Made by a program: the position numbers and the translations under genes. A stretch of DNA of 64,000 nucleotides, taken from a virus. Positions 19,472 through 29,335 of the stretch are shown piece by piece (position 1 is the stretch's first letter; the number at the start of each line of letters is the position of its first letter). The stretch is taken from IMG/VR virus record IMGVR_UViG_3300030098_005409; one strand, written 5' to 3'. The notes under the pieces were generated by a model, which was not told where the DNA came from, ran no database searches, and saw nothing but the letters and a program-made list of their open reading frames with translations.

Positions 19472-20086
19472 CTAATCGTTGCTGGCGCGTAATCCCTCTG
19501 AATCCCAGCCGCCTTGCTCCCATTTTTCATTCATTATGTGATTAATCTTATTAAAGTGCATAAATCCCAAAGCGTGCCCGAGTTCGTGTTCGAGCACTGT
19601 TTCTCTTATATCTCGACGCATATAGATTTTAGCATACTGAATTTTATTTGTTAGGTTATCAACGTAAAAATGTGTCTGGGCTAAAGCCTTGTCTTCCATC
19701 GGAACTCCTGACGTTACTAAATGAATGACAACATATCCCACCGGCTCGTCCATCATGCACTTGTTTAAGGGGTCGTGCTTGTACTGGGTTGAAAAGAACC
19801 TATATCCCAAGCGCTTCCAGAAGTTTACAGCCTTAACAATCTGCCTTTGACTTATTGGGGCATGTTCACAAACTATAATCGTTGGCGTAAGACTCCACGT
19901 GGCTACTTGTGATGGGCTGTTATGAACAAGCGGTACCCGCTTATGATTACTATCAAAATCACTTGCTGCTGCAGTTGTGAACAGAAATAGAGAACCGATC
20001 CACAGTGCTATGACAAGCACTATAAACAAACCGGTCCAGTCTAGATGAGAGTGGTTCTTCATACAATATTTAGTTGAAAAAACCAA
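19472..20086 (-). CDS. Matrixin-like (metzincin) peptidase with N-terminal membrane/signal segment
   Basis: 'HELGHALGFMH' (HExxHxxGxxH) followed by Met-turn 'HIM'. Confidence 0.85.
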   Translation of the reverse strand: MVFSTKYCMKNHSHLDWTGLFIVLVIALWIGSLFLFTTAAASDFDSNHKRVPLVHNSPSQVATWSLTPTIIVCEHAPISQRQIVKAVNFWKRLGYRFFSTQYKHDPLNKCMMDEPVGYVVIHLVTSGVPMEDKALAQTHFYVDNLTNKIQYAKIYMRRDIRETVLEHELGHALGFMHFNKINHIMNEKWEQGGWDSEGLRASND

Positions 20087-20588
20087 TTTTATGATAAACG
20101 GTTCCCAAAACTCTTATTGAATTTCCTTCGGGATCTGGCACATACAGAGTCAGCGCTTGATGAGCATCATTAGGTGGGCGCCATATTATCTGCAACGCAT
20201 TAACCTCTGGTTCCCATATAGAGTCAAATTCGTTGCCTATATTATTTTCATAGTGATTGTAACAATTATAATTATTATTAGTAAGACTAGAAATTAAAGT
20301 ATCATGTAAATTATAACCTGAATTAAGAATAATGTCTCTGCCACAGATTGAAAAGAACTGTTTTTCTTCTGTATCTCTTTCAATAGCCAGACTGACAAAT
20401 CCAGAGATAAGATCTGTGTCTAGATTTTTATCGCACCAGAAGAGTAGAGTGTTTGGTCCTTGATTTCTACTCCACCAGCAGTCCATGGTTGCATATTGTT
20501 CTCCATATTCCTCTATTCTAGTATCTTCTTCACCTATATTAGAACAAGAACAAAGCAGAAACAATAAACAAATTACAATCTTATTCAC
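20070..20588 (-). CDS. Putative lipoprotein
   Basis: Signal peptide with lipobox-like 'LLCSC'. Confidence 0.5.
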   Translation of the reverse strand: MNKIVICLLFLLCSCSNIGEEDTRIEEYGEQYATMDCWWSRNQGPNTLLFWCDKNLDTDLISGFVSLAIERDTEEKQFFSICGRDIILNSGYNLHDTLISSLTNNNYNCYNHYENNIGNEFDSIWEPEVNALQIIWRPPNDAHQALTLYVPDPEGNSIRVLGTVYHKIGFFN

Positions 20589-20647
20589 CTTATATTAATT
20601 ATTATTATATTAATATTAATTGTATATTGCAAGCAAAATTTATATTT

Positions 20648-20960
20648 TGGTGGAGGTGGTGGGAATCGAACCCACGTCCAAAGCATATCCAACTTCAAGT
20701 CATTCACAGGTATAGTTTGTTTCTCTAAACAAACAAAGTATCAAATTCGATTCAATCCGCTCAAAAAAGCAAAAGCGTTTTTTTGGTTGTGTTCTTCTTG
20801 GACACCCGGCGAAGAACAACCGGGGATTAAGCAGCTAGTGCTAAACCGTAATCTGCGTCGTTTGCAGTTATATGTTTCTAACTAAAGTTTTATGTGATTG
20901 AGTTAGCTGTCACAACCTGCACTATCCATCTTCCTTACCCTGTCGAAACCTGTCACCCCC
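20648..20960 (-). ncRNA. ssrA: tmRNA, tag ANDADYGLALAA
   Basis: 5' GGGGGTGACAGGTTTCGAC, 3' GGGTTCGATTCCCACCACCTCCACCA with Ala-type G3:U70; resume context ATAACT-GCA; tag codons 20865-20830, then TAA. Confidence 0.95.
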
Positions 20961-20992
20961 TATTTTTATCTTGACAAGCTCAGAGAAATCCT

Positions 20993-21331
20993 TTACTCTT
21001 TGTCTATGCCAAATTTCCTCTTTATATCTATCCACGAACTTGGATTAACGCCCAATATTCTTCTTATCTCTGCATTAGTGTCAGCAACACTAATAACTGC
21101 ATTATACAGAGCTTCCTTAGAAATATCAACTATTTTCGACCAAAGATTAAAGCCGTACAGCTTACCATTAGTAAGCTTTATGGAACACTCTAACTTTAAT
21201 CCTATAACTTCTTCAAGAGTTAAAGCAGATAACATTATTTCAAACGCCTCAGAGGACTTACCTTCCTTGCGTAATGTATTTGATAGTGATTTGTTTCTAC
21301 TAAAACCCTTTTCTATATTAGGGTTTGTCAT
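20993..21331 (-). CDS. Hypothetical protein, possible C-terminal HTH
   Basis: 'NAEIRRILGVNPSSW'. Confidence 0.55.
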   Translation of the reverse strand: MTNPNIEKGFSRNKSLSNTLRKEGKSSEAFEIMLSALTLEEVIGLKLECSIKLTNGKLYGFNLWSKIVDISKEALYNAVISVADTNAEIRRILGVNPSSWIDIKRKFGIDKE

Positions 21332-21334
21332 ATT

Positions 21335-22171
21335 CTACTGTTCTAAAAGTTTGTCTACTAAACTTTCTAAATTAATTTCCATTCCTTCTTCCAACTCAAA
21401 ATCAGGAATGTCTGTCTCAGGTTCGCCTTCTTCTGGTGCAGCCACCGGCTCATCTGGCTGCGCATCTTGTGCTGCTTGTGGCTCCTCTGGGCTCGTCGCC
21501 AACTCTCCTTCAAACTTATCAAAATATAGCGCAAGGTTCTTCAGAAGGTATTCTTCAAACATTTTAATATCATTGGGGTTATCAAGATTATCGTATGCTA
21601 CTAGGATGTTTTTCTCGATATCTTGGAAGTCGTCATATGCCCTGTTACGACCGGTCTTATCTTCACCCTCAATACCAAACTCTTCTCTTTCATCGGGCTC
21701 TTCTGCTGGCTCTTCTACTTTATCTTCAACGTCAATAAACGCTGGATCATCCTCAGGCTTGTCGGAAATAGTTATATCGACATCCTCTTCCACAGCCTCA
21801 ATCTCTTCGTCTTCGCCGGCTTCCTTACGGGACTCTTCAGGTGCAAGAGACATCTCAACAGCATTGAGGATATGGGCTCTATATGAATCTCTCTGTTGCT
21901 TGTCGGTGGTAAGAGACTTATATCCTGTTTCAATAACAGATAATAAGTTAGAGTTCTTAAGAAGATCTTCTAAGGTATTAATGCCTGTACTTTCATGTTT
22001 CGCCACGGACGCAACATTACTCTTCTCGGATAGTAAAGTTCGAATGACAGAACGAAGCTCATTTTCTTCGTTTAATCTTTTTGTTTCTCTTCTACCTAAA
22101 ACGTGGCGAATGGCTTTGCGCACATTCTCACGGAGCATTAGCTCTTCTGCAAATTCTTTACGATCAATCAT
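21335..22171 (-). CDS. Acidic hypothetical protein, probable head-internal protein
   Basis: 'LRENVRKAIR', 'ELRSVIRTLLSE' tag-like helices; very Glu/Asp-rich. Confidence 0.6.
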   Translation of the reverse strand: MIDRKEFAEELMLRENVRKAIRHVLGRRETKRLNEENELRSVIRTLLSEKSNVASVAKHESTGINTLEDLLKNSNLLSVIETGYKSLTTDKQQRDSYRAHILNAVEMSLAPEESRKEAGEDEEIEAVEEDVDITISDKPEDDPAFIDVEDKVEEPAEEPDEREEFGIEGEDKTGRNRAYDDFQDIEKNILVAYDNLDNPNDIKMFEEYLLKNLALYFDKFEGELATSPEEPQAAQDAQPDEPVAAPEEGEPETDIPDFELEEGMEINLESLVDKLLEQ

Positions 22172-22173
22172 TT

Positions 22174-24333
22174 TTAGCCCACCGATATTCCTAGTAAATA
22201 GTCCATTACTTCAGTAACTAGCTCTTCATCTTCTTTAATGAAGTTCTTGGGATGCCTCTTCTTTTTCTTCTCAGAACCGGCCACTTTCGGCGCGCGCATC
22301 CCAAGGGGTAGAGAATAACCAGCGACGTTGCCACCGGCCATTGAAGACATTTCCTCAAGCTTTCCTTGGAGTATATCATATATTTCCTGATTATAAAATC
22401 CCATAATAGCTTCAAAATCTTCTTGAGAGGCACCCTTGAGAGCCTTTCTTAAAGTAGTTCCTGACATCTCACCAAATCCTGGGACATCAATCTCAACGTG
22501 CGGAGCTACTGCGATGTAACCATGCTTGTCAAGCCCCACAAGTTCTTCTCCGGGCCTGTATGTCTTGTAGTAAGCAGGAGTGCCTCTTTTGGTCATGCCG
22601 TCTAGATTGGCAAACCTGGGACTATCACGCATATCTTTGCCGCCAACAGCGAAAACAACAGCCGTTGATTCTGGGTCGAAGTTCTGAGTAAGTTCCACCG
22701 CCTGATATGGGTTCCTGCTCATCACAATCTTATCAGCAGGCACGCCGTGGGCGACCATAATCTTTTTCTTTTCTTCAAAGTCTAGGGGAGACTTAGGACC
22801 CATCTTATTGGAAGTTACGATAAAAGTATTCTCGTCGCCAAATTGATCAGCAAGCGCTTTATAAGTTGCATAATGGTGACGACCCATAGGCTGGAATCGT
22901 CCGGGATAAATGGCGATAACTTTCTTCTGATCTTGTTCATTCAGAGCCCAATTGACTGCCTCAGCCAAAGCAATCTTTACTTGACTTGCCTCACGAACCA
23001 AAGAAGTGATAGGAGCACCGCCAAGAAGGTTTTCATAAAGATCTTGATTCTTATTTATAACAGAGGGGAGATTACGAGACCACTCCAAAAGAGGCTTGGT
23101 CACAGAGAAACCATCAGATCCCCAGTATACAGTAAGACTTTCGGTTTGCTGGAACTTGGCGCCCTTATCAACAGCAAAGTTTGCCTTGCTGAATTCTAGA
23201 CGATCAACAAATTTGACACCGTTACCGATGTGATCAACAGCAACATAACCCTCTGGATTACTTGCGACAAGATCGCCTGAGCCATCGTCAATAAAATGCT
23301 TTGTGTTATACACAGCGTTGTTATACTTGGCGATGAATATATTTTTTGCCTCGAATAGAAGCCGCGAGACTTTGAAAAGGTTGAGGATATCTTCTTGCTT
23401 GCTATCGAAGGCTGCAAGCATTTCTTGACCTTTTTGGGTTGCTCGCATTTTTCCTTTTTCAGACTTTAGCTTATCAATTCTTTTTTCTAGACGACCTGAA
23501 TACCAACGCTTGAAACCTAAGAAAGATTTAGCTGGATCCTCAAGGAATTGACCACCCTTGATTTCAGAGTTAATGTAGATGTTAAGAAGATCCATCGGCA
23601 GACCTTCATAGTCAATCTTTTCATTGACCTGATCCGCGGCTGAAACTAATTCCTTCACCTTTGCTTCTTCATCTTCAGTTAAAGTAACAGTTCCAGTATC
23701 GTCTGTAAAATAAGCATCATCAACCCATACACCGGGAACCTTATTTAGACCACTTACATCAGCGCCGAAAGAAGCGCCACCGTCCAAACTATCATAAGTT
23801 GTATGAAAAACAATACCGAACTTTGATTCAGCGATCTCTTGTCCAAGCTTGGATTCAACTGGTGCGGCATAAGTAATAGTATTTGGCTTGAAAGCATAAT
23901 GAGGCTCGCCATCAACGTCGATGGTGCTAATCATCTCATCGTCAAACATAAAGTCTCCCTGGAGAATCTTTTGGATTCCTAGGGGAGGCAAGTATTGAAG
24001 TGCTTTTGTAAGCTTATCGACCAAACCCGGAGCGTGTCCGTGATTTCTCCGAACATCTTCGGGGGTATAGTTTATCTTTGGTTCTTTATTGAAGATAGAT
24101 TTGGTTCCAACAAAGAACTTACCATTTTCTGGATTAATACCAGCAAAAATAGCCGGCGCGCCATCCCACTTGACAGAGGTCTTTACTCTTGAATCAACAT
24201 TACCTTTTAACTCTTCTAACAACTCAAGCAGAAAAGCCCGAGCCATATCATATCCCTTTGGACCCTGTGTTAAAACAAGCTCTTCCAGGTGAGTTAAGTG
24301 TGTGTTTGCTTTGCCTTCATCCAGAAGAGACAT
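22174..24333 (-). CDS. Ligase-like nucleotidyltransferase domain (DUF6267-type) fused to a cytidylyltransferase-like domain
   Basis: 'VKWDG', 'LQGD', 'PEGYV', 'VKFVD'; then 'YPGRFQPMGRHH' and 'MSGTTLR'. Confidence 0.7.
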   Translation of the reverse strand: MSLLDEGKANTHLTHLEELVLTQGPKGYDMARAFLLELLEELKGNVDSRVKTSVKWDGAPAIFAGINPENGKFFVGTKSIFNKEPKINYTPEDVRRNHGHAPGLVDKLTKALQYLPPLGIQKILQGDFMFDDEMISTIDVDGEPHYAFKPNTITYAAPVESKLGQEIAESKFGIVFHTTYDSLDGGASFGADVSGLNKVPGVWVDDAYFTDDTGTVTLTEDEEAKVKELVSAADQVNEKIDYEGLPMDLLNIYINSEIKGGQFLEDPAKSFLGFKRWYSGRLEKRIDKLKSEKGKMRATQKGQEMLAAFDSKQEDILNLFKVSRLLFEAKNIFIAKYNNAVYNTKHFIDDGSGDLVASNPEGYVAVDHIGNGVKFVDRLEFSKANFAVDKGAKFQQTESLTVYWGSDGFSVTKPLLEWSRNLPSVINKNQDLYENLLGGAPITSLVREASQVKIALAEAVNWALNEQDQKKVIAIYPGRFQPMGRHHYATYKALADQFGDENTFIVTSNKMGPKSPLDFEEKKKIMVAHGVPADKIVMSRNPYQAVELTQNFDPESTAVVFAVGGKDMRDSPRFANLDGMTKRGTPAYYKTYRPGEELVGLDKHGYIAVAPHVEIDVPGFGEMSGTTLRKALKGASQEDFEAIMGFYNQEIYDILQGKLEEMSSMAGGNVAGYSLPLGMRAPKVAGSEKKKKRHPKNFIKEDEELVTEVMDYLLGISVG

Positions 24334-24336
24334 TGT

Positions 24337-24585
24337 TTACTTATCCTTGTTTTCTTCTAATATAGTAACCTGCTCTTCAAGAATGCTAACGCGCTCTTGA
24401 AGACGGCGCATGTGTCGTCTCACTTCTTTAAGACTTTGCCTAGCCATCTCAATCCGTCGCTCGTCAGTGCGGCTACGTGGAGATATATTCTGGAGAACCT
24501 CAGAGATAGACTGAAGATAGCTAGACACACTTGGTCCTTTGCCTTCATTTTGAATAAACTGGCGCGTTAGACGACGAAAGTCCAC
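24337..24585 (-). CDS. Small coiled-coil protein
   Basis: C-terminal heptad pattern. Confidence 0.6.
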   Translation of the reverse strand: MDFRRLTRQFIQNEGKGPSVSSYLQSISEVLQNISPRSRTDERRIEMARQSLKEVRRHMRRLQERVSILEEQVTILEENKDK

Positions 24586-24588
24586 GGC

Positions 24589-24828
24589 CTATTCCTTAGC
24601 GACTTTAGGTGTCGATGCTCTCTTTTTAGCGGCAGTCTTCTTTGTAGCAGGCTTGACAGTCCTCTTTATGGCTGGCTTGACAGCCTCTTCTACGACGGGT
24701 GCTGGTTCTGGCTCAACAACCGGTGCTGGTGCTTTCTTTGCTGCTGCCTCTTTTGCTGCTGCCTCTGCGGCTGCTTTCTTTGCCGCGGCCTCTGCTCTTC
24801 TTCTGCGTTTTATGTGTGGTGCTACCAT
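24589..24828 (-). CDS. Lys/Ala/Pro-rich histone-H1-like small protein
   Basis: 'AAAKKAAAEAAAKEAAAKKAP', 'KPATKKTAAKK'. Confidence 0.55.
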   Translation of the reverse strand: MVAPHIKRRRRAEAAAKKAAAEAAAKEAAAKKAPAPVVEPEPAPVVEEAVKPAIKRTVKPATKKTAAKKRASTPKVAKE

Positions 24829-24829
24829 T

Positions 24830-25633
24830 TTACTTAGACTCCTTTCTAACTCTTTCTAAGATTCTGCGGGTGATTTGCTTTGCCTCGTGGACAGAGATCA
24901 TCTTTGGTGCTGCTGTTTCCTCAACAGCCTCCTCGATCTCATCCTCAGCGCGACCGCAATGGGCTTCATCAAGATCCATATCTTTTGCCATTGAGGGGCG
25001 ATTTCCTTCTTCATCGCCGTGCTCCTTAGCATCTTTTGCGGCCTGCTTCATTGGCTCTTCTTTATCGCCATCCTTGTCTAGATCTAGGAAGTCTGGCTTG
25101 GCGGCTTCATTAAGAAGTCCCCACTTTTTCATCAACTTAGTGTTGATTTCGTTGTTTTTCCACTCTTTAAGTGACATTTTTGGTTCTCCTGTTTTTGAAA
25201 AATCAATCTCCACATTAATTTTTCCTGTTTTAATTAGGTCTTCAAAGTCCCTAAATATTAAATTTCCTTTTTCATATGCCTCTCGCTCCATTTCTCTAAG
25301 GTGCGGATCTTTCTGGGCATATCCTTCATAAGTAGGATTGTCCCTTGTAAAATCACCTCGGCAGTTCTGTGCGTGATGAACTAACTCGTGAGATAAAGAC
25401 CTTAAGATATCTTTTGGGTGTCTGCCGTCCGTGTAAAGAACAATCTGATAGTTCTCGGGGTCGTAATAAGCAGTTTTGCCCAGCATTCTACCAGCGTTAT
25501 CTTGATCGCTTTGAAAAACAATCGTTGCGCCCTTATCAAAACCTAGCTGTTTTTGCGAATAAGGAAAAAAGTTATCCACCATCTGCTCAAGATGATAGAC
25601 ATTTGCTGGTGTGTTGTTGATGCTTTTATGCAT
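24830..25633 (-). CDS. Zinc metallopeptidase with C-terminal acidic/EF-hand-like region
   Basis: 'SLSHELVHHAQ', 'EREAY', 'DLDKDGDKEE'. Confidence 0.7.
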   Translation of the reverse strand: MHKSINNTPANVYHLEQMVDNFFPYSQKQLGFDKGATIVFQSDQDNAGRMLGKTAYYDPENYQIVLYTDGRHPKDILRSLSHELVHHAQNCRGDFTRDNPTYEGYAQKDPHLREMEREAYEKGNLIFRDFEDLIKTGKINVEIDFSKTGEPKMSLKEWKNNEINTKLMKKWGLLNEAAKPDFLDLDKDGDKEEPMKQAAKDAKEHGDEEGNRPSMAKDMDLDEAHCGRAEDEIEEAVEETAAPKMISVHEAKQITRRILERVRKESK

Positions 25634-25636
25634 TGT

Positions 25637-25957
25637 CTAATAAATAGTTGAAAAAAGAAGAAAAAGAGCGCCCGATAAATGGTAAGCAAATACAAGAAGA
25701 TAGATTATATTCAACCCCAAAAGAATATTGAAGATCATTTTTTGAAATTTTATTCTGAAAAAATAAAGAATGTAAATTCCAACGATACTGAGCCCTAATT
25801 TAGCAAAGACAAATAGTGCCGGGGAACACTGTAAAAAGTAATTCATAATTGGGTTGGCTTCGGTAGCCAATCCAGTCTGCACCCAGAGTAAAGTTGCGAG
25901 GAGATCAAAAAGAATCAAAATAGTCAGTGAGTGAATCAGTCTAACTATTTTTTGCAA
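25637..25957 (-). CDS. Small membrane protein (DUF5658-like)
   Basis: 'LFDLLATL...EANPIM...FAKL'; three hydrophobic helices. Confidence 0.7.
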   Translation of the reverse strand: MQKIVRLIHSLTILILFDLLATLLWVQTGLATEANPIMNYFLQCSPALFVFAKLGLSIVGIYILYFFRIKFQKMIFNILLGLNIIYLLVFAYHLSGALFLLFSTIY

Positions 25958-25960
25958 TTT

Positions 25961-26155
25961 CTATCTCTTCAGTGCTTTGTCCAAAGCGTCTCTAACACCC
26001 TCAGCAGCCAGCCATTTAGGCTGTTGCCAAAACGGCACCAGCATGTGTCCAAGCATTCCTAATCCTGCTAAAAGCAACAAACCAGATAATCTTGATGAAC
26101 GCTTAAGGTGCGCCAACCAGCCTTCGTCTTTAAAATGTGCCCAATCCCAACTCAT
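25961..26155 (-). CDS. Small membrane protein
   Basis: Hydrophobic segment, 'HMLVPF'. Confidence 0.55.
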   Translation of the reverse strand: MSWDWAHFKDEGWLAHLKRSSRLSGLLLLAGLGMLGHMLVPFWQQPKWLAAEGVRDALDKALKR

Positions 26156-26478
26156 TATAATTTACCTTTCCCTGGACCTTTTTCGTATGAAATACTCTTG
26201 AATGCTTTTTCAAGATAATCTGCTGCTTTGGTGATCTTTGATTGAACCCAAGGCTCAAGGTTTTCGTCATCATGGAGCATATCGTGAAGTTGCTGTGCTT
26301 GCGCAGCCATATGGTAAAGTGACCGCTTGGCCATGTTGCCTTCGTATCCGTCTGGATCCTTCTCGTAGTTGTTGGAGGCTGGATCCAGCGTATTCATCTG
26401 TGGCATTTCAAGCAAAACAGAAGAGCCGTTCAACTCTTCAGCAATCATCTTTTTAAGTTCGTTTTTTGAGATTTTCAT
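26155..26478 (-). CDS. Tagged probable head-internal protein
   Basis: 'MKISKNELKKMIAEEL'; 'LEPWVQSKITKAADYL'. Confidence 0.65.
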   Translation of the reverse strand: MKISKNELKKMIAEELNGSSVLLEMPQMNTLDPASNNYEKDPDGYEGNMAKRSLYHMAAQAQQLHDMLHDDENLEPWVQSKITKAADYLEKAFKSISYEKGPGKGKL

Positions 26479-27185
26479 TATTTCTGTTCCTGTTGTTTAG
26501 CAGAGACTTTCAAAAGGTTTTTAAGAACAGCCTGCAGTGCGTTACGATATCTTATAAGGTCATCTTTTTCAGCTATATCAGTTAAGATCTTTTCAATCTG
26601 CACCAACATACCTCTTTCTTTATCATCAACCCCTCCTAAAGCATCGCCTTTTGCAATTGCTTTGGATTTTTCCAGTTCGCCTTTCGCTTGTGTTTGTTGA
26701 GTAACAATTCCGCTCCCAAAACCTTTAAGGGCATCATCTTGCTCCTCAAGCCCAACACCGCCACCAAAATCAGCATAACCCATGCTGTAGTAATTCATAG
26801 CTCCGGATCCACCGGTGCCATATGGCTGCTGACTCTTGGCAGGAGCCACGACTCTTTGGTCAGGCATTGGATGAGCGCCAGCATCTTCTAGGTCGTTCAG
26901 AGCCTTTCTAAGGCACGCAGACGCCTTGAAAGCGTGCTCATAGGCGCCGTCATAGATCGGCTCATCAAGAGCCTCTACGAGCTTCTCAGTAGCCTCTCTA
27001 GCCACGAGAGCGAGATCATATAAGTTGTTTGCCTCTGGATCTCCTTTGTCCTGCTCCGGAGTCTCTGTATCGGCAGCAGGCATTCTGTGTGGAACGCCTT
27101 CAGGAGCAGATGGCTCGTTAATTCCGCCGCCTGTAAACATAGCTTCTTTTACAAGCGCTTGAAGTTGTTTATAATCAATAGTCAT
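26478..27185 (-). CDS. Tagged probable head-internal protein
   Basis: 'MTIDYKQLQALVKEAM'. Confidence 0.55.
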   Translation of the reverse strand: MTIDYKQLQALVKEAMFTGGGINEPSAPEGVPHRMPAADTETPEQDKGDPEANNLYDLALVAREATEKLVEALDEPIYDGAYEHAFKASACLRKALNDLEDAGAHPMPDQRVVAPAKSQQPYGTGGSGAMNYYSMGYADFGGGVGLEEQDDALKGFGSGIVTQQTQAKGELEKSKAIAKGDALGGVDDKERGMLVQIEKILTDIAEKDDLIRYRNALQAVLKNLLKVSAKQQEQK

Positions 27186-27186
27186 T

Positions 27187-28344
27187 TTATCCCTTTACCA
27201 AGAAGCGATCAAATGTGCCCTTAAGATCGGCTAACTTATTTTCCTCTAGATTTCTCATCTTATCTTTTGCGACCGCCGCACGACCGCGACCCTGAGCAAG
27301 ATCTTTGGTTTTTTCAAGCTCTTGTGCCGCAGACCGGTCCGCACTTAGCTCCTCACCGGCTGCAAGCTGCAATTTGTCGTGGTGCTTCTCTGAGGGTAAA
27401 CCAGCCTTCTCGAACTTTTTAAGCATTCTGCGTAGGAGAACAAGATCGTCAAGTGCTGTCAGCGGACCAAGGAATTCAAGACCCATAAAAGTCCCGGCAT
27501 CAACAGGAGAAACGAAATTAAGAATAGCAAAAGCAGCTAAGAGTCGAAGTTTTGTTGGCGTGTCACGGTCGACGCTGGCCATAAACATGGCAGCCAAGTC
27601 GCGCCCACCGGGAAGATTTAGAAGCGCTTTCAAAACTGGGTTGCCTTTAGCTTCCTGTAGATCGCCGGTACCTAGCTTGTCGAGTAGTACATTTAAAACC
27701 TTGTCCTGCTCATCTTCTGGCATTGCTTCAATCGCATCTTCGGCAGTCTCAACTGGGTCTTTTGCCTCATCTAAGTCTTCCTTCTTAGAATCTTCTTTAG
27801 CGGCTTTTCTTGCTTTTTTGTTGGCGGCTTTCTTTTCGTCCTTGGTGGCATCTGGTGGTGTTTTTGCAACCTTAGAAGCTCTACCCATTGCCTCTTGTAG
27901 AGCTTCCTGAAGTTCTGTGTTAGACGACAATATAGACAAAAACTGCTCTCTAACGGCATCAACAATTAGGGCTGCAACCTCATCCGCTTGGTCTTTAATG
28001 ATTTTAGCAAATGCTCTTTGCATGAGTCCTTCAATTACATCTCCGTCAAATGGGATATCTGGCACAATCTTGGAGGCAATATCGTCTGCGTTCTCAATAA
28101 GGTGCGATTCTATCTGACGCGCAGCAATTCGTAAGAACAAACCAGCTGCAGCGTCCAGTACTGCTCCAGCGCTAGTGTTCTTAAAGGTTTCACTAGCAGC
28201 ATACCTCAGTGGCTCTTTAAAGTCCCCTATGTTTTTTAGTACGCCCTTTGCAGTAGCGGTTAAACTATTTTCGTTTTTCAACTCTTCCGAGACCATTTGT
28301 GCTATTTGGTCGATTATTCTTTTGTCCATGGTGGATTCTCCCAT
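27187..28344 (-). CDS. Tagged multidomain protein with a YkvA/DUF1232-like hydrophobic segment
   Basis: 'IIDQIAQMVSEEL'; 'AILNFVSPVDA...LDDLVLL'; repeated L-x-E sites. Confidence 0.55.
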   Translation of the reverse strand: MGESTMDKRIIDQIAQMVSEELKNENSLTATAKGVLKNIGDFKEPLRYAASETFKNTSAGAVLDAAAGLFLRIAARQIESHLIENADDIASKIVPDIPFDGDVIEGLMQRAFAKIIKDQADEVAALIVDAVREQFLSILSSNTELQEALQEAMGRASKVAKTPPDATKDEKKAANKKARKAAKEDSKKEDLDEAKDPVETAEDAIEAMPEDEQDKVLNVLLDKLGTGDLQEAKGNPVLKALLNLPGGRDLAAMFMASVDRDTPTKLRLLAAFAILNFVSPVDAGTFMGLEFLGPLTALDDLVLLRRMLKKFEKAGLPSEKHHDKLQLAAGEELSADRSAAQELEKTKDLAQGRGRAAVAKDKMRNLEENKLADLKGTFDRFLVKG

Positions 28345-28351
28345 ATGTTAA

Positions 28352-29335
28352 TTAGTCTTTTTTCTTTTGTAATCGTTTAGTTTTTTCTTTTGATGCTTCT
28401 TTTCTTTTCTCAGCGTGATCAAGAACTTTCTTCAATCTGGCTTTGGTCTTAGGGTCCTTAGCATTCTGATAGGCAGCCCGTACACGCTGATGGATAAGAT
28501 TAATAATCTGTGACTGACGCTTGTGAGACTTTGATTTGAAGGATTTCTTTGATAAGGTATCCTTTACATCTTGAACTGTTCGGAACTTTACTGACACTGT
28601 ATCACTTGGATCCTCGTCGGTGTAAAGTCTGCGTCCTGAACCTTTTGGTTTCTTGCCAGTTCCAGTCTTAGGATCCTTACCTTCTTCGGCCTTGATACAA
28701 TTTCTGTACGTCTTGCCGTACATCTTCTTAGTTTTGCGTTTGGGGTGAGTTTTATAACCCTTCTGGCAACGTTCTTGCAGTCCATCAGGCTCCATATATG
28801 GATGATCTTTAAGATACTTTTTCATCTTAGGTGCTGGTTCAATCCCAGCTTCTTGAAGTTTATTCGCCCACATAGACAGCATTGTCTCACGTATTTCCTC
28901 ATCTCCCCGGACAAAGTTTGCTTTTATGCCTGCTTCTTTGGCCGCCGCAATCTCTTCTTCGTCATCATCCCAATGTTCGATAACACCAAGAGATAAAAGA
29001 GTTTCAGCTTTCAAATCTCCATTTGTGTAGTGGATAGACTTGACGGGAAGATTCATACCGGCAACCAACTCTTCTGGCTCTGGTGCTGTATCCCATGGAT
29101 ACTTGTCTCCTGTGCGTTTCGATCGGGAAGTAACAATATAAACAGTTTCACCGGCAGCTGCGAGTTCTCTTAGTTTGGCGATGTTCTCTTCGTGGGGCTT
29201 GTCGTATATGGTGCTGAATTCAGGATCTTCAGGATCTGTCTTATACTTGATAAGTGTCTCGTCATAATCAAACGAGTAAGCGCCTTTCTTTTCTTCGTTT
29301 AGGAAGTTCTTCCAGTTTTCAAGTAGGAGTTTCAT
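28352..29335 (-). CDS. Tagged protein: HAD-like phosphatase domain plus basic C-terminal domains
   Basis: 'MKLLLENWKNFLNE'; HAD motifs 'FDYDETL', 'IVTSR', 'K', 'HWDDD'. Confidence 0.7.
   Translation of the reverse strand: MKLLLENWKNFLNEEKKGAYSFDYDETLIKYKTDPEDPEFSTIYDKPHEENIAKLRELAAAGETVYIVTSRSKRTGDKYPWDTAPEPEELVAGMNLPVKSIHYTNGDLKAETLLSLGVIEHWDDDEEEIAAAKEAGIKANFVRGDEEIRETMLSMWANKLQEAGIEPAPKMKKYLKDHPYMEPDGLQERCQKGYKTHPKRKTKKMYGKTYRNCIKAEEGKDPKTGTGKKPKGSGRRLYTDEDPSDTVSVKFRTVQDVKDTLSKKSFKSKSHKRQSQIINLIHQRVRAAYQNAKDPKTKARLKKVLDHAEKRKEASKEKTKRLQKKKD

Noticed and set aside
21000-22217. 405-aa plus-strand ORF
   Set aside because: Ser-rich antisense shadow of the Glu-rich gene 21335-22171; no SD or motifs
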